From NCBI GenBank assembly GCA_018645865.1, contig JABGVU010000064.1:13471-77470 (forward strand): DNA of 64,000 bases, read 5' to 3'. The notes beneath the pieces were generated by a model. It ran no database searches. It was given only the letters and a program-made list of their open reading frames with translations, and had not been told where the DNA came from. The DNA comes from Flavobacteriales bacterium (lineage in GTDB: Bacteria; Bacteroidota; Bacteroidia; Flavobacteriales; BACL11). Made by a program: the position numbers and the translations under genes. This document shows, piece after piece, positions 28,840 to 38,008 of the stretch (positions are counted from its first letter, which is position 1; every line of letters begins with the position of its first letter).

Positions 28840-31399
28840 TTAGCTTTTTTCTTATTGTAACTGAGCCACCTTTTTTATTACTTAACTGTAAAATGTAACA
28901 TCCTTTTGCAAGATTATTAGTATTTATTATAGTTGATCTGCTACTTACTTCTTTTTCAAGAATAGATTGCCCCGTTATACTATAGATTGTTGCGGTTAAA
29001 TTATTTATTATATTACTAGTAATATTCATTGTTATTTGTTCTGTTGCTGGGTTAGGATAGATGTCAAAACTTTTAATGTTATTTTCAGAAATAGAAAGAG
29101 GCTGTGTATTTAGCGTACTTTCCCACACTCCTCTACCGAAGGTAGCTGCACTAATTGTGCCTTGGTCATAATGGATTTCTAGCTCATTAACAATTACATT
29201 AGGTAAACCATTCATAAATGGAATCCAATCAGTCAGAGTATTATTTTTATAATAAACGCCAACATCAGTCCCAACATATAAATCATCATTTGTACCTGCC
29301 TGGTAGACAATACAATTTACGGGTAAATTTGGTAATCCAGTTGCGGTAATATTTATCCAGTTTGTTCCTCCATCAATTGATTCGTAAATTTTATGACTAC
29401 TATTATATTGAGATAAAGTTACCCAAACTCTATCGGGATTATTATTTGCAACTGTAACATCAGTAATATTATAGTTTGGTATTCCTGGCTTTATATTTAC
29501 CCATGTAGCTCCAGCATCTTTTGTTACTTTAATACTAGTATAAGTTGCTGCATATACATAATCTTCATCTGAAGGGGCTAACGCAATTGACCTCAAAGCC
29601 TGCCCTCCACTTACATTATAAGATATGGAATCCCATATTGCTCCAGCAGTTTCTGATCTATACACTTCATCATAGCCAATAACAATTAAATTATTATTAC
29701 TGCTGTGCATTTCGTAAGGGGTATTCCATCCACCCTCATAACTTACTGGTTTTATATTTGTCCATGGATTTGTCCATGGATTTCCACCATAACCTGCAGT
29801 GTAAGTTTTGCGTAAGCCTCCATATTGATATTCAGCATATATAATATCATCATCATAATGATCAATTTTACATTCCATTCCATCACCTCCCATAATTGCA
29901 TCCCATGTGCTATTTGTAAGCATTTCCGTTCCATTATCTTGTGCTCCTGCAACTAGTCTATTGGGGTTAGATTTTGATAATCCTAAGTTATAAAATTGAG
30001 ATATTTCTAATCCATCAGAAATATCTACCCAGTTATTTAAGTTTTCCATGTATTTATAAAAACCACCATCATTTCCTGCATAAGCTACATGAGTAAGAGG
30101 ATTAAACTCAGCAGCATGTTGATCGACATGCATATAAGAATAATTACTACCATTTCCACTGCTTGCATTAATAGTCCATGCTTGTCCTCCGTCAATTGTT
30201 TTCCAAAGGTTTATACCACCAACATAAAGTAAATTCTCATCATTTGTTGAAACCGCTAGACTTAGGTCATACCAAGACTGACCACCGGTACTTGTACCGT
30301 CAGTATCTCTCCCTAAAATATTTGGGCTATTTGATTGTAGCGTCCAATTGTTTCCAGCATCAGAAGATTTGTATAATCCATGGAAACTATAATCAGAAGC
30401 AGAATAAAGAGCATAAATCACTTCAGGATTATCAGGAGTAACAGCAATTAAAGGGCGATATTTTCCACTTGAAGCAACTCCATTATTTATTACGTTCCAA
30501 TTTGCACCACCATCAGTTGTCCTGTAAACATTTGAACCTCCACTTGATTGTTTAGCTGCATAAATAGTTGATGGAGTTCCCGGTTTAAATTCTATATCAC
30601 GCCACCTCCCTCCGAGCCCTACTGTTTGCCAATTTGCTCCAGCATCAGTACTTATCATAATATTGTCATTAGTTGCTGCAAAAACAGAATCAGGGTATAC
30701 TGGGTTAATAATTACTTTATTAATTCTTTTTTCTTGACTGATGTTATAGCTTAAACTTGTTGTATTCCATGAATTCCCACCATCAGTTGATTTTAAAATT
30801 CCAATACTATATGTGTCTGTTGCATGAGCATCACCAGTTACAATAAGCATATTTTGCGTATTCGTTGGATCAATAGCAATTGACGAAACACCTATTACAG
30901 GTAAGTTATCAGTATTTGTTGTCCAATTATTTCCCCCGTCAACTGATTTCCATAATCCTCCAGCTGGGGATCCTATCCAAATTATATCTGGATTAATTGG
31001 ATCAAAAGCAATACAATTTACCCTACCGTTACCTCTCTTTTTTAAGTTAGAGAGAATGATAGGCGTATTAATTGGCCCTTTTGATATCCAATTAGATTGA
31101 GTATTTGCTTTTGAATAAGAATTTTTATTTTGTATCTTTTCCCATTCTTTAAATAAAGCATCTGCCTTAAACTTTTCTCCCTCAGAACTTCTTTTTAAAA
31201 TGAAATCCATTTCTCTAGCATAAGGTTTAAACCCGTTTCCTTTAGTGTAGGGATGTATATCTCGATATTCTTCAAAAGCAATGCTTTTTTCTTGAATTGT
31301 TGGGGTTGGATTTGTTTTTAATAATTCATCTTCCCATATTTGAGAAAAGCTAATAATATTAAAAAAGCAAAAAATAATAGTTAAGTATAAGCTGTTCAT
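28829..31399 (-). CDS. Asp-box (BNR) beta-propeller protein with type-A T9SS C-terminal sorting domain
   Basis: 856 aa with signal peptide. Eight clear SxDxGxxW Asp-boxes (e.g. SVDGGNNW, STDGGNSW, TTDGGANW, SIDGGTNW) plus one degenerate copy. C-terminal FDIYPNPATEQITMNI...GCYILQL CTD. Confidence 0.85.
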   Translation of the reverse strand: MNSLYLTIIFCFFNIISFSQIWEDELLKTNPTPTIQEKSIAFEEYRDIHPYTKGNGFKPYAREMDFILKRSSEGEKFKADALFKEWEKIQNKNSYSKANTQSNWISKGPINTPIILSNLKKRGNGRVNCIAFDPINPDIIWIGSPAGGLWKSVDGGNNWTTNTDNLPVIGVSSIAIDPTNTQNMLIVTGDAHATDTYSIGILKSTDGGNSWNTTSLSYNISQEKRINKVIINPVYPDSVFAATNDNIMISTDAGANWQTVGLGGRWRDIEFKPGTPSTIYAAKQSSGGSNVYRTTDGGANWNVINNGVASSGKYRPLIAVTPDNPEVIYALYSASDYSFHGLYKSSDAGNNWTLQSNSPNILGRDTDGTSTGGQSWYDLSLAVSTNDENLLYVGGINLWKTIDGGQAWTINASSGNGSNYSYMHVDQHAAEFNPLTHVAYAGNDGGFYKYMENLNNWVDISDGLEISQFYNLGLSKSNPNRLVAGAQDNGTEMLTNSTWDAIMGGDGMECKIDHYDDDIIYAEYQYGGLRKTYTAGYGGNPWTNPWTNIKPVSYEGGWNTPYEMHSSNNNLIVIGYDEVYRSETAGAIWDSISYNVSGGQALRSIALAPSDEDYVYAATYTSIKVTKDAGATWVNIKPGIPNYNITDVTVANNNPDRVWVTLSQYNSSHKIYESIDGGTNWINITATGLPNLPVNCIVYQAGTNDDLYVGTDVGVYYKNNTLTDWIPFMNGLPNVIVNELEIHYDQGTISAATFGRGVWESTLNTQPLSISENNIKSFDIYPNPATEQITMNITSNIINNLTATIYSITGQSILEKEVSSRSTIINTNNLAKGCYILQLSNKKGGSVTIRKKLIIK
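29756..29783 (-). repeat. 12-nt in-frame tandem repeat (atttgtccatgg, about 2.3 copies) encoding NPWT-NPWT
   Basis: Read directly. Protein reads GGNPWTNPWTNIKP. Confidence 0.9.
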
Positions 31400-31408
31400 A
31401 ATTAATGT

Positions 31409-33724
31409 TTAAAATTTGGCTTGTAAAGATAGTGAAAAATTTCTGCCACCAGCGCTAATTCCTGAGCCAAAAGTTTTGTAATGAGTGTCTGTAATATTAT
31501 AAATACCAGTTATAAAAGTTAAGTTTTTATCAATGATAATTTTGTGTTTTAAATTTAGAGTGTACCATGATGGATTCCCAATTCGTGTTGCTTCCTCTAG
31601 ATTATCAACTCCTGATAGATCATAATCCTCAATTTTTTTAATTCCATTATAATACACACTAAAACTGATAATCTGATTTCTTATACTATAATTTAATTCA
31701 TTAATAATATTTTTTGGTGGAATATGAGCTAGAGGGAGTTTATCGCTCGCCTCTCCTTTTAAAATATTTATTGAACCATTGTGGCTGAGTCTTTTTGTCA
31801 GATTTATGTGATAAACAAAATTAACTCCACTAATAGTTGCCTTTCCTATATTTTGATTCATCATTATCTTCATCATTTCGCCATCATAAATGATTGAATC
31901 ATTTCCATTTAACTTAGCATACCTTCTTTCAATAGCATCAATAATTCGGGTTTGGAATACTTGTAATTGAAAAGTAATCTGGTTATTAAAATTGGCAACT
32001 AATCCGGTTTCAAAGTTAAATGATTTTTCAGGAGATAATTGATTGTTTGGCAATATAACAGAAATATCATCCTTTGAAAAAATCTTTCCAATATCATCTG
32101 TATTTGGATTTCTAAATCCATTTGAAATTGATGCATTGAAAGTAAAATTCTTACTGGCTTTATAATGCATTTGAACTGAATTAGATAAAGATTTATTTTC
32201 TACAAGGATTTCATCAAATGATAATTTTATTGTTGTTGTATCTCGTAATCTAGAAGATAATGAATTAATATTGTATCTAGTTCCTAAAAGGATATCTATA
32301 TTTTTTAGGCCTTGAAAATTTAGTTGTAGATATATAGCATTGTTCAGTACATTTGTACCTCCATCAGGATACCTACTCGTGTTGTAGTAAATATTGTTAT
32401 TAGATGATAGGTTGGCAGTAGATTCTAATTGTTGAAATCTAGTGTCAAATCCATAGTTTATTTTCAACTTACTGACTTGTTTGAATATATCAGCTTTTAA
32501 ATCAAAAATCTGAAGCGATTCAGTTCTGTTATTTAATAAATGGGCTGCTTGTTTTTGCTTGTGTCTGGATTCTTTAACATCCTGAAAGGAAGCCGTAAAC
32601 ACTGCTTCATTAGAAAATAAAGTGTGCTTATAGTTTTTTAGTCGTACGCTTTGAAGTATTCTTTTTTGTGGGCCATAGTACCAAGATAGATATTTATTTT
32701 CTCCATCTTTTAGGTCATTTAATTTATCAAATCGGTTAATATTTGATGATGTAGAAAACTGAGAGTTAAAAAGCAAAAAGTTATTTTTTGTTAATTGAAA
32801 TAAGGTTTTATGAAAAAAATCAACTTGTTGATATGCTGTTTCTTTTTGAATATTATTTTCTACTATTGTAAATTCATTTCCCCAATCTAAAAAGCCATGT
32901 TTTCTATTATTCCCCATCCTCAAATTGTCATAAGATTTAATGGAAAAACCACTAATATTAATACTTTTTCCTAGTTTATAATTTGATGTTAAGGAAGTAA
33001 ATACAGCTTTTGAACTGCTTTCGTATTGTTGTACGAAATGATTGCCTCCGTTATTTTTAGGGCGTTTAGTTGTGAAAATAATTGCTCCACTCATAGCTCC
33101 ATTTCCAAACGCAACTGCTGATGGGCCAAACAATACTTCAGAACTATTTAAGAAAAAAGGATTAATTGTTGCCGTATTTTGAAGGTGTCCACTTCTAAAA
33201 ATAGTATTGTTCAAAGCTATACCGTCAACAATTATTAATAACCTATTAGCTTCCATGCCTCTTAAGTTTGGACTGCCCCCTCCATTCTGACTTTTTTGAA
33301 TACTTAAGCCCATAGTTTTTTCTAGTAAATCACTTGTCTGTGCGCTTTGAGCATTAGCAATTTTAATTGCATTTATTTTTGTGAAAATTGATGTTTCTTT
33401 AAAGTGTATTTGCTTTGAATCGTTTATTTCTACATTATCCAATGTATGTGTTTTTAAAACTAAAAAGATAATATTATTTTGAATGTCTTTTTTTGCTATG
33501 CGAAGGTTTTGATATGTTAAATGTTGAATTAATAAAGTATCATTTCTTTTGAACGAGTATAGTTTGATAGTTCCTTTATTATTGCTGATTACTCCTGTAT
33601 TGTTGTTTTTTGAACTTACACTAACTCCTTCTATTGGATGTTGTGTAAGTATATCTTTAATAGTAATTTCTTGTGCGCCAATTTTAAAACTAATTAAAAT
33701 TAGTATTATTGCGATATACTTCAT
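31409..33724 (-). CDS. TonB-dependent receptor (non-SusC type) with N-terminal carboxypeptidase-regulatory-like domain
   Basis: 771 aa. Plug-domain motifs GGGSPNLRGMEANRLLIIVDGIALNN and LFGPSAVAFGNGAMSGAI. C-terminal aromatic residue (..LQAKF). No SusD-like gene adjacent. Confidence 0.9.
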   Translation of the reverse strand: MKYIAIILILISFKIGAQEITIKDILTQHPIEGVSVSSKNNNTGVISNNKGTIKLYSFKRNDTLLIQHLTYQNLRIAKKDIQNNIIFLVLKTHTLDNVEINDSKQIHFKETSIFTKINAIKIANAQSAQTSDLLEKTMGLSIQKSQNGGGSPNLRGMEANRLLIIVDGIALNNTIFRSGHLQNTATINPFFLNSSEVLFGPSAVAFGNGAMSGAIIFTTKRPKNNGGNHFVQQYESSSKAVFTSLTSNYKLGKSINISGFSIKSYDNLRMGNNRKHGFLDWGNEFTIVENNIQKETAYQQVDFFHKTLFQLTKNNFLLFNSQFSTSSNINRFDKLNDLKDGENKYLSWYYGPQKRILQSVRLKNYKHTLFSNEAVFTASFQDVKESRHKQKQAAHLLNNRTESLQIFDLKADIFKQVSKLKINYGFDTRFQQLESTANLSSNNNIYYNTSRYPDGGTNVLNNAIYLQLNFQGLKNIDILLGTRYNINSLSSRLRDTTTIKLSFDEILVENKSLSNSVQMHYKASKNFTFNASISNGFRNPNTDDIGKIFSKDDISVILPNNQLSPEKSFNFETGLVANFNNQITFQLQVFQTRIIDAIERRYAKLNGNDSIIYDGEMMKIMMNQNIGKATISGVNFVYHINLTKRLSHNGSINILKGEASDKLPLAHIPPKNIINELNYSIRNQIISFSVYYNGIKKIEDYDLSGVDNLEEATRIGNPSWYTLNLKHKIIIDKNLTFITGIYNITDTHYKTFGSGISAGGRNFSLSLQAKF

Positions 33725-34428
33725 GCTCTTAATGATTCAATAATTAAGTGACTGGTTATATTTTTAAGCTCATGATGTTGTAATTTATAGTATTGAATTA
33801 AATGCAATAAAATTTGATTTCTATTTTGATATGGGATATTAACATCTTTATTTTCAAGTAATTCTCTTAAATAGATTGAATTATCTTTTTCAACATTGTA
33901 ATTTAACTGTTGTTCGTTGTTTGTAAATTGCCCTAGTTTCATATTAAAGTATACTCCATTTATTTCTTCTTTAGAAGGTAAAAAACCAAGGCATTCTGAA
34001 AGTCGAATTAAAAATATTAAGGCAAAGTTTGGATTAATTTTTTCTAAATTATTTAGGTCAATTTTTAACTCCCAAATAAATTTGAATAGTTCTTTATCTT
34101 TTTCAGTTTCTAATAAAACTTTCGAAATTACTTCAGCAACAAATATGCAAAGAAAATTCTTTTTCATATCAATGCCATTAGTAATTTGAGTGTGTTCTAA
34201 AGCGATTTCGCTAATGTATTGCAGGTTGTTTTTAGGTAGATGAGTTGCATTTATAGTAAGTAATTGCAATGATTGAAAAAAACCAAGTTTTTTTTTTGCT
34301 TTCTTAGCTCTTACTCTCTTTACAATAAAACTTTGAAGGCCTTTTTCTTCTGTAAAAATCTTAGCAATTATAGAGTTTTCTCCATATTTAATACAGCTGA
34401 GTGCTATTGCCCTACTACTATACTTCAT
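33721..34428 (-). CDS. recO: DNA repair protein RecO
   Basis: 235 aa. N-terminal OB-fold pattern (AIALSCIKYGENSIIAKIFTEEKGLQSFIV...FQSLQLL) typical of RecO. ATGA overlap with the downstream TonB receptor gene. Confidence 0.8.
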   Translation of the reverse strand: MKYSSRAIALSCIKYGENSIIAKIFTEEKGLQSFIVKRVRAKKAKKKLGFFQSLQLLTINATHLPKNNLQYISEIALEHTQITNGIDMKKNFLCIFVAEVISKVLLETEKDKELFKFIWELKIDLNNLEKINPNFALIFLIRLSECLGFLPSKEEINGVYFNMKLGQFTNNEQQLNYNVEKDNSIYLRELLENKDVNIPYQNRNQILLHLIQYYKLQHHELKNITSHLIIESLRA

Positions 34429-36695
34429 TAGTGAATAAACAGTATCTTACTTACTGTTTTTTCTATACCATTAATGTCAGTACTGAATACTAGATATACG
34501 CCAGTAGAAGCTCTTTCCCCATTTTTGTTTTTCCCATTCCAGAGCGCTTGCCCTCCTTTAGCAAAGCCTTCAAAAACTAAATTACCGTCAATGTCAGTAA
34601 TTTTTATATTAGCATCAGAAACTAATCCTTTTATAGCTATTGGTCCGCTATATGATTCTCTAACGGGGTTAGGGAATACATGAGTTTTCCCTTGTGTTGA
34701 CGCTCCTTTAGTTGCATCAGAACGATAAGAAATAAGCCCTTTTTTTGTGCCAATAAATACTTCTCCATTTTTAGAACTAATGGCAATGTCGATAATATTG
34801 TTTGAAAATAAAGGGCTATTTTCAGCCGTAAAGTGCAGGATTTCTTCTGATCCCTCTTCTGATAATAAAAAGACCCCTGACTTCTCAGTCCCTATCCATT
34901 TTCTATTTGCTCCATCAATAGTAATGCATTTCACCTTTTCTTCACTAAGTAAGTATTGTCCGTAATCTTCCTCTTGTATTAGGATTTGTTGTGCATCAAA
35001 ATTACCACCAGAAAATACGGAAGAAGGATTATAAAAAATACCAATTCCTTTGTCCGTTCCTACCCAAATTTCACCGTTTAAATCTTCAGCAATTGAGTAA
35101 GTTTGTAACGATGGTAGATTACCGTTACCTACATTTGTGTTTAATAATTTGTATTGATCATCTGTAAAGTTTTCAATAGTATTGTTGTGGCTGTATACAA
35201 ATACTCCTGCTCCCCTGCCTAATATCCCCCATTTTTGATTGTAACTATCAATTAATAAATCATCAAAAAATAAATCTACTTGGCTTTGATGCATTGTGAA
35301 TGAATACCATTCTCCATTCTTTGTTTTAACAAATAAAGGATGGTTTACTTCTGAGCTTAATCCCCATAAATTCCCATCATTATCAAATTTTAAGTCAGAA
35401 ATTCTTATTCTATTGTTGGAATAGTATGCTGTGTCCAGCACTCCATTTGTATTGCTATAACCATGCTTTGTAATTAATTTTCCATCTTTTATTTCAGTTA
35501 TTCCATCGTACCATGAAGCGTAATATTCTGTTTCATTTCTAACGGCAACCTCTAGAATATCTCTTGCATTACCAAGCGTATAGAAATCATAATTTTCCCA
35601 ATCATCATACTCATCTTTTATTGAAGCTCCATCATTAATTAATGCATTTAATCCAAAATTAGCATGCCCTCCATGGCATTGATATAATTTATTTTCAGCA
35701 AATTCTAAACTATAAACATCATTCCTAGCTGGACCTTCAGGAATAAAACTTTCTTGATACTCGTAGTTTTTAAATTTTAAAAGACCAGTTATAGAATCTG
35801 CTAGCCACATAGTATTATCAGAGTCAGAAATAGAATAATTAGTATTAATTATTTTTTCATCTGTTATTGAAGCTATTGCATTGGAACCATTATTAGTAAG
35901 AACTAGGCTGTCTTCATATAGCTTATGTAAAACTCCATTCGTATAAGTTATTTTTTTTAGCCCAGGATCTGTAGATAGAGGCATATTAAATTCTGGAGGA
36001 TAGAAAACCTCAAGATATGATTCTTGATTATCACTATAAAGGACGCATCCTATATTATCATTTCGAATTACATTAACAGCGCTCATCTCCCCGCCATACA
36101 ACAGCCAATTATTTGGATCATTTAAAATAGAAGAAATACTTCCTACGTATAGTCCTAATGATGTAGCGGCAAGAATTTGGAGGTTATAAATAATTGCACA
36201 ATCATTGATTTCTAAGATACTCCCATTTTTTTCTATCGTATACGTATCTTTTATTTCTTCTTTTTCTAAATCAACTAAGACTAATCCAAATGTCGTTGAG
36301 AGATAAGCAATCCCGCCTTTTACTGTAATATTATTGATTGATTTTAGCCCCGAAATGTCTTTGTGTTTTATATCAGAGATATTTATAATTGAATTTTCTT
36401 TCAATAAGTCAATATTGCAATTTTCATAAGTGATTATGGTTATAAGTAACTCTTTAGAATAGGCCACTTGTTTTATACCAACATCAGAGAGGCCTGTTAC
36501 TTTTGAGATTCTATTAATTGTGTTGTCTTCTTTGTTAATGTAAAAGAGTCCGCCATTAGTTACGCAATAAATCTTGTTGTCAGCTTCTGCTATGTAGCTA
36601 GCGCTAGTGTAGGATTGGTAATCTTTCCAATAACCAATAGGTACGTCTTGTGCGTTAATCAGTAATGGAAGAAATAATAAAAATAGTTTTTTCAT
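34428..36695 (-). CDS. two-propeller T9SS protein, PorZ-like (Reg_prop repeats + C-terminal sorting domain)
   Basis: 755 aa with signal peptide. Repeated lWvGT..Gl motifs (IWVGTDKGIGIF, KWIGTEKSGVFLL, EVFIGTKKGLISY). CTD VFPNPVRESYSGPIAIKGL...GVYLVFS. The PorZ assignment rests on architecture only. Confidence 0.55.
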   Translation of the reverse strand: MKKLFLLFLPLLINAQDVPIGYWKDYQSYTSASYIAEADNKIYCVTNGGLFYINKEDNTINRISKVTGLSDVGIKQVAYSKELLITIITYENCNIDLLKENSIINISDIKHKDISGLKSINNITVKGGIAYLSTTFGLVLVDLEKEEIKDTYTIEKNGSILEINDCAIIYNLQILAATSLGLYVGSISSILNDPNNWLLYGGEMSAVNVIRNDNIGCVLYSDNQESYLEVFYPPEFNMPLSTDPGLKKITYTNGVLHKLYEDSLVLTNNGSNAIASITDEKIINTNYSISDSDNTMWLADSITGLLKFKNYEYQESFIPEGPARNDVYSLEFAENKLYQCHGGHANFGLNALINDGASIKDEYDDWENYDFYTLGNARDILEVAVRNETEYYASWYDGITEIKDGKLITKHGYSNTNGVLDTAYYSNNRIRISDLKFDNDGNLWGLSSEVNHPLFVKTKNGEWYSFTMHQSQVDLFFDDLLIDSYNQKWGILGRGAGVFVYSHNNTIENFTDDQYKLLNTNVGNGNLPSLQTYSIAEDLNGEIWVGTDKGIGIFYNPSSVFSGGNFDAQQILIQEEDYGQYLLSEEKVKCITIDGANRKWIGTEKSGVFLLSEEGSEEILHFTAENSPLFSNNIIDIAISSKNGEVFIGTKKGLISYRSDATKGASTQGKTHVFPNPVRESYSGPIAIKGLVSDANIKITDIDGNLVFEGFAKGGQALWNGKNKNGERASTGVYLVFSTDINGIEKTVSKILFIH

Positions 36696-36772
36696 AATAT
36701 AAAAGCAATAATACTATAATACAATCAGATAACTTCTTAATAGATAAAAAATTGTAATACTTAATTAAAGAT

Positions 36773-36780
36773 TACTTTTG
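36773..36780 (+). promoter_or_regulatory. -7 box TACTTTTG(C) with a TTG at 36752-36754 (18-nt spacer), driving tRNA-Arg
   Basis: The box ends 7 nt before the first tRNA nucleotide. Spacing fits the Bacteroidota TTG-N(~19)-TAnnTTTG promoter. Confidence 0.6.
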
Positions 36781-36787
36781 CGCTTTA

Positions 36788-36861
36788 GGCCTAGTAGTTC
36801 AACTGGATAGAATATCAGATTTCGGCTCTGACGGTTGGGGGTTCGAATCCCTCCTAGGTCA
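36788..36861 (+). tRNA. tRNA-Arg (anticodon UCG)
   Basis: 74-nt cloverleaf. Acceptor GGCCTAG/CTAGGTC, anticodon stem TCAGA/TCTGA with loop TTTCGGC (anticodon TCG), T-arm GGGGGTTCGAATCCCTC. No encoded CCA. Confidence 0.9.
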
Positions 36862-37872
36862 CTATCTTTTCTTGGTAATAATTTTTCTCATTTCACCATT
36901 TGAATACTTATATATAAGCACTGAATTTTCTTTAAATTTTGTTTTTCTTCCTAATAAATCATAAATTTCAAAGCGTAAATTATTTTCTGTGCTATTTTCT
37001 GATATTTGACTAATACAATTAATTATCACTGTTGCTGTATCATGAAATTGATCGTTTAGTTCGGATTGAATATCAGTATAAAAATGTAAAGGGCCGTTAA
37101 TATTTGGATTGATAAATAGATTAGTAAAATTTACCTCACTTGTGAATCCGCTAGTATAGTTATTTCCATCATTTGGTGATGTTGAGCTTACTTTTATACC
37201 TCCATTCATATTTTCTATAACAAAGAACCCTATCAAGTTTCCTGTGGTATCATATGAATTAATTGTTGCATAGTTTTGCCCTGCAATAATTCCTGCTTTT
37301 AATGTGGCTGATATTGTTTGTGTGTTGGTATTCATTATCGCATAGCCTACTGAATCGCCCATTGATAAAGTTTGAATATTGAAATTTCCACCATCTGAAG
37401 TAATTATTGATGTGCCAATATCTGGTTCGTTTATGGACTGGCTTAAAAATATGGATAAATTTGTTGGAGTATTGCAAATATTGTTGTCAATACTATTTAC
37501 AATAACTGGATTAAATGTTGAAGGGACAAATGTTATTGTTGTAAAAGTATCTGTAGCTGACCATAAAGATGCTATTTGGTTTGTGGAATCACAAAATGAC
37601 ATTATTTCCCACTCATATGTAGTATTTTGCTGAAGTAAAGGAAGATTTCTGGTACTATCTTGTCCCCCAATATTTCCCAAATTACCCCATGTAGATGTTC
37701 CGTAAACTCTATAATGAATTTTATAATGATCAATATTTGCTAAAGGAGTCCAATTTGCTAAAGCATTATTATAACTAATATTTGTGGTGTATAGGCCTGT
37801 TACTTGTGTGCATTGTGAAAACCCGTAATTTGAGTTTATAAATACTAAAAGTACTATTATAATTTTTTTCAT
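36862..37872 (-). CDS. secreted Fn3-like domain protein with short T9SS-CTD-like tail
   Basis: 336 aa with signal peptide (GFSQ). Fn3-like N-terminus (ALANWTP...YKIHYRV...TTYEWEI). C-terminal LRFEIYDLLGRKT...IYKYSNGEMRKII resembles the end of a type-A CTD. No functional homologue recognised. Confidence 0.5.
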   Translation of the reverse strand: MKKIIIVLLVFINSNYGFSQCTQVTGLYTTNISYNNALANWTPLANIDHYKIHYRVYGTSTWGNLGNIGGQDSTRNLPLLQQNTTYEWEIMSFCDSTNQIASLWSATDTFTTITFVPSTFNPVIVNSIDNNICNTPTNLSIFLSQSINEPDIGTSIITSDGGNFNIQTLSMGDSVGYAIMNTNTQTISATLKAGIIAGQNYATINSYDTTGNLIGFFVIENMNGGIKVSSTSPNDGNNYTSGFTSEVNFTNLFINPNINGPLHFYTDIQSELNDQFHDTATVIINCISQISENSTENNLRFEIYDLLGRKTKFKENSVLIYKYSNGEMRKIITKKR

Positions 37873-37888
37873 CTCTATTTTATTTATG

Positions 37889-37896
37889 CAAAGTTA
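37889..37896 (-). promoter_or_regulatory. -7 box TAACTTTG(C) on the minus strand upstream of the Fn3 gene
   Basis: Plus-strand caaagtta, 16 nt upstream of the start at 37872. Confidence 0.45.
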
Positions 37897-38008
37897 TGAT
37901 ATTATCTTAAAATCATAATCATTTGATATTTAGGTGATTATATTTTTTTTTTAAATGAGTCAACTTTAGTTATGCAGCATAAACTATGGGAATAGATGTT
38001 TAGCTGTC

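Noticed and set aside
36788-36861. tRNA-Arg as the attachment site of an integrated mobile element.
   Set aside because: There is no integrase, recombinase or phage/conjugation gene, and no duplicated tRNA 3-prime segment visible within several kb on either side. Only a single orphan gene abuts it.
37873-38008. Weak AT-only inverted repeats (ttatgat/atcataa and ttatgc/gcataa), considered as a terminator for the methyltransferase operon.
   Set aside because: The stems are 5-7 bp and AT-rich, with no following U-tract on the relevant (minus) strand. That is not enough for a terminator call.
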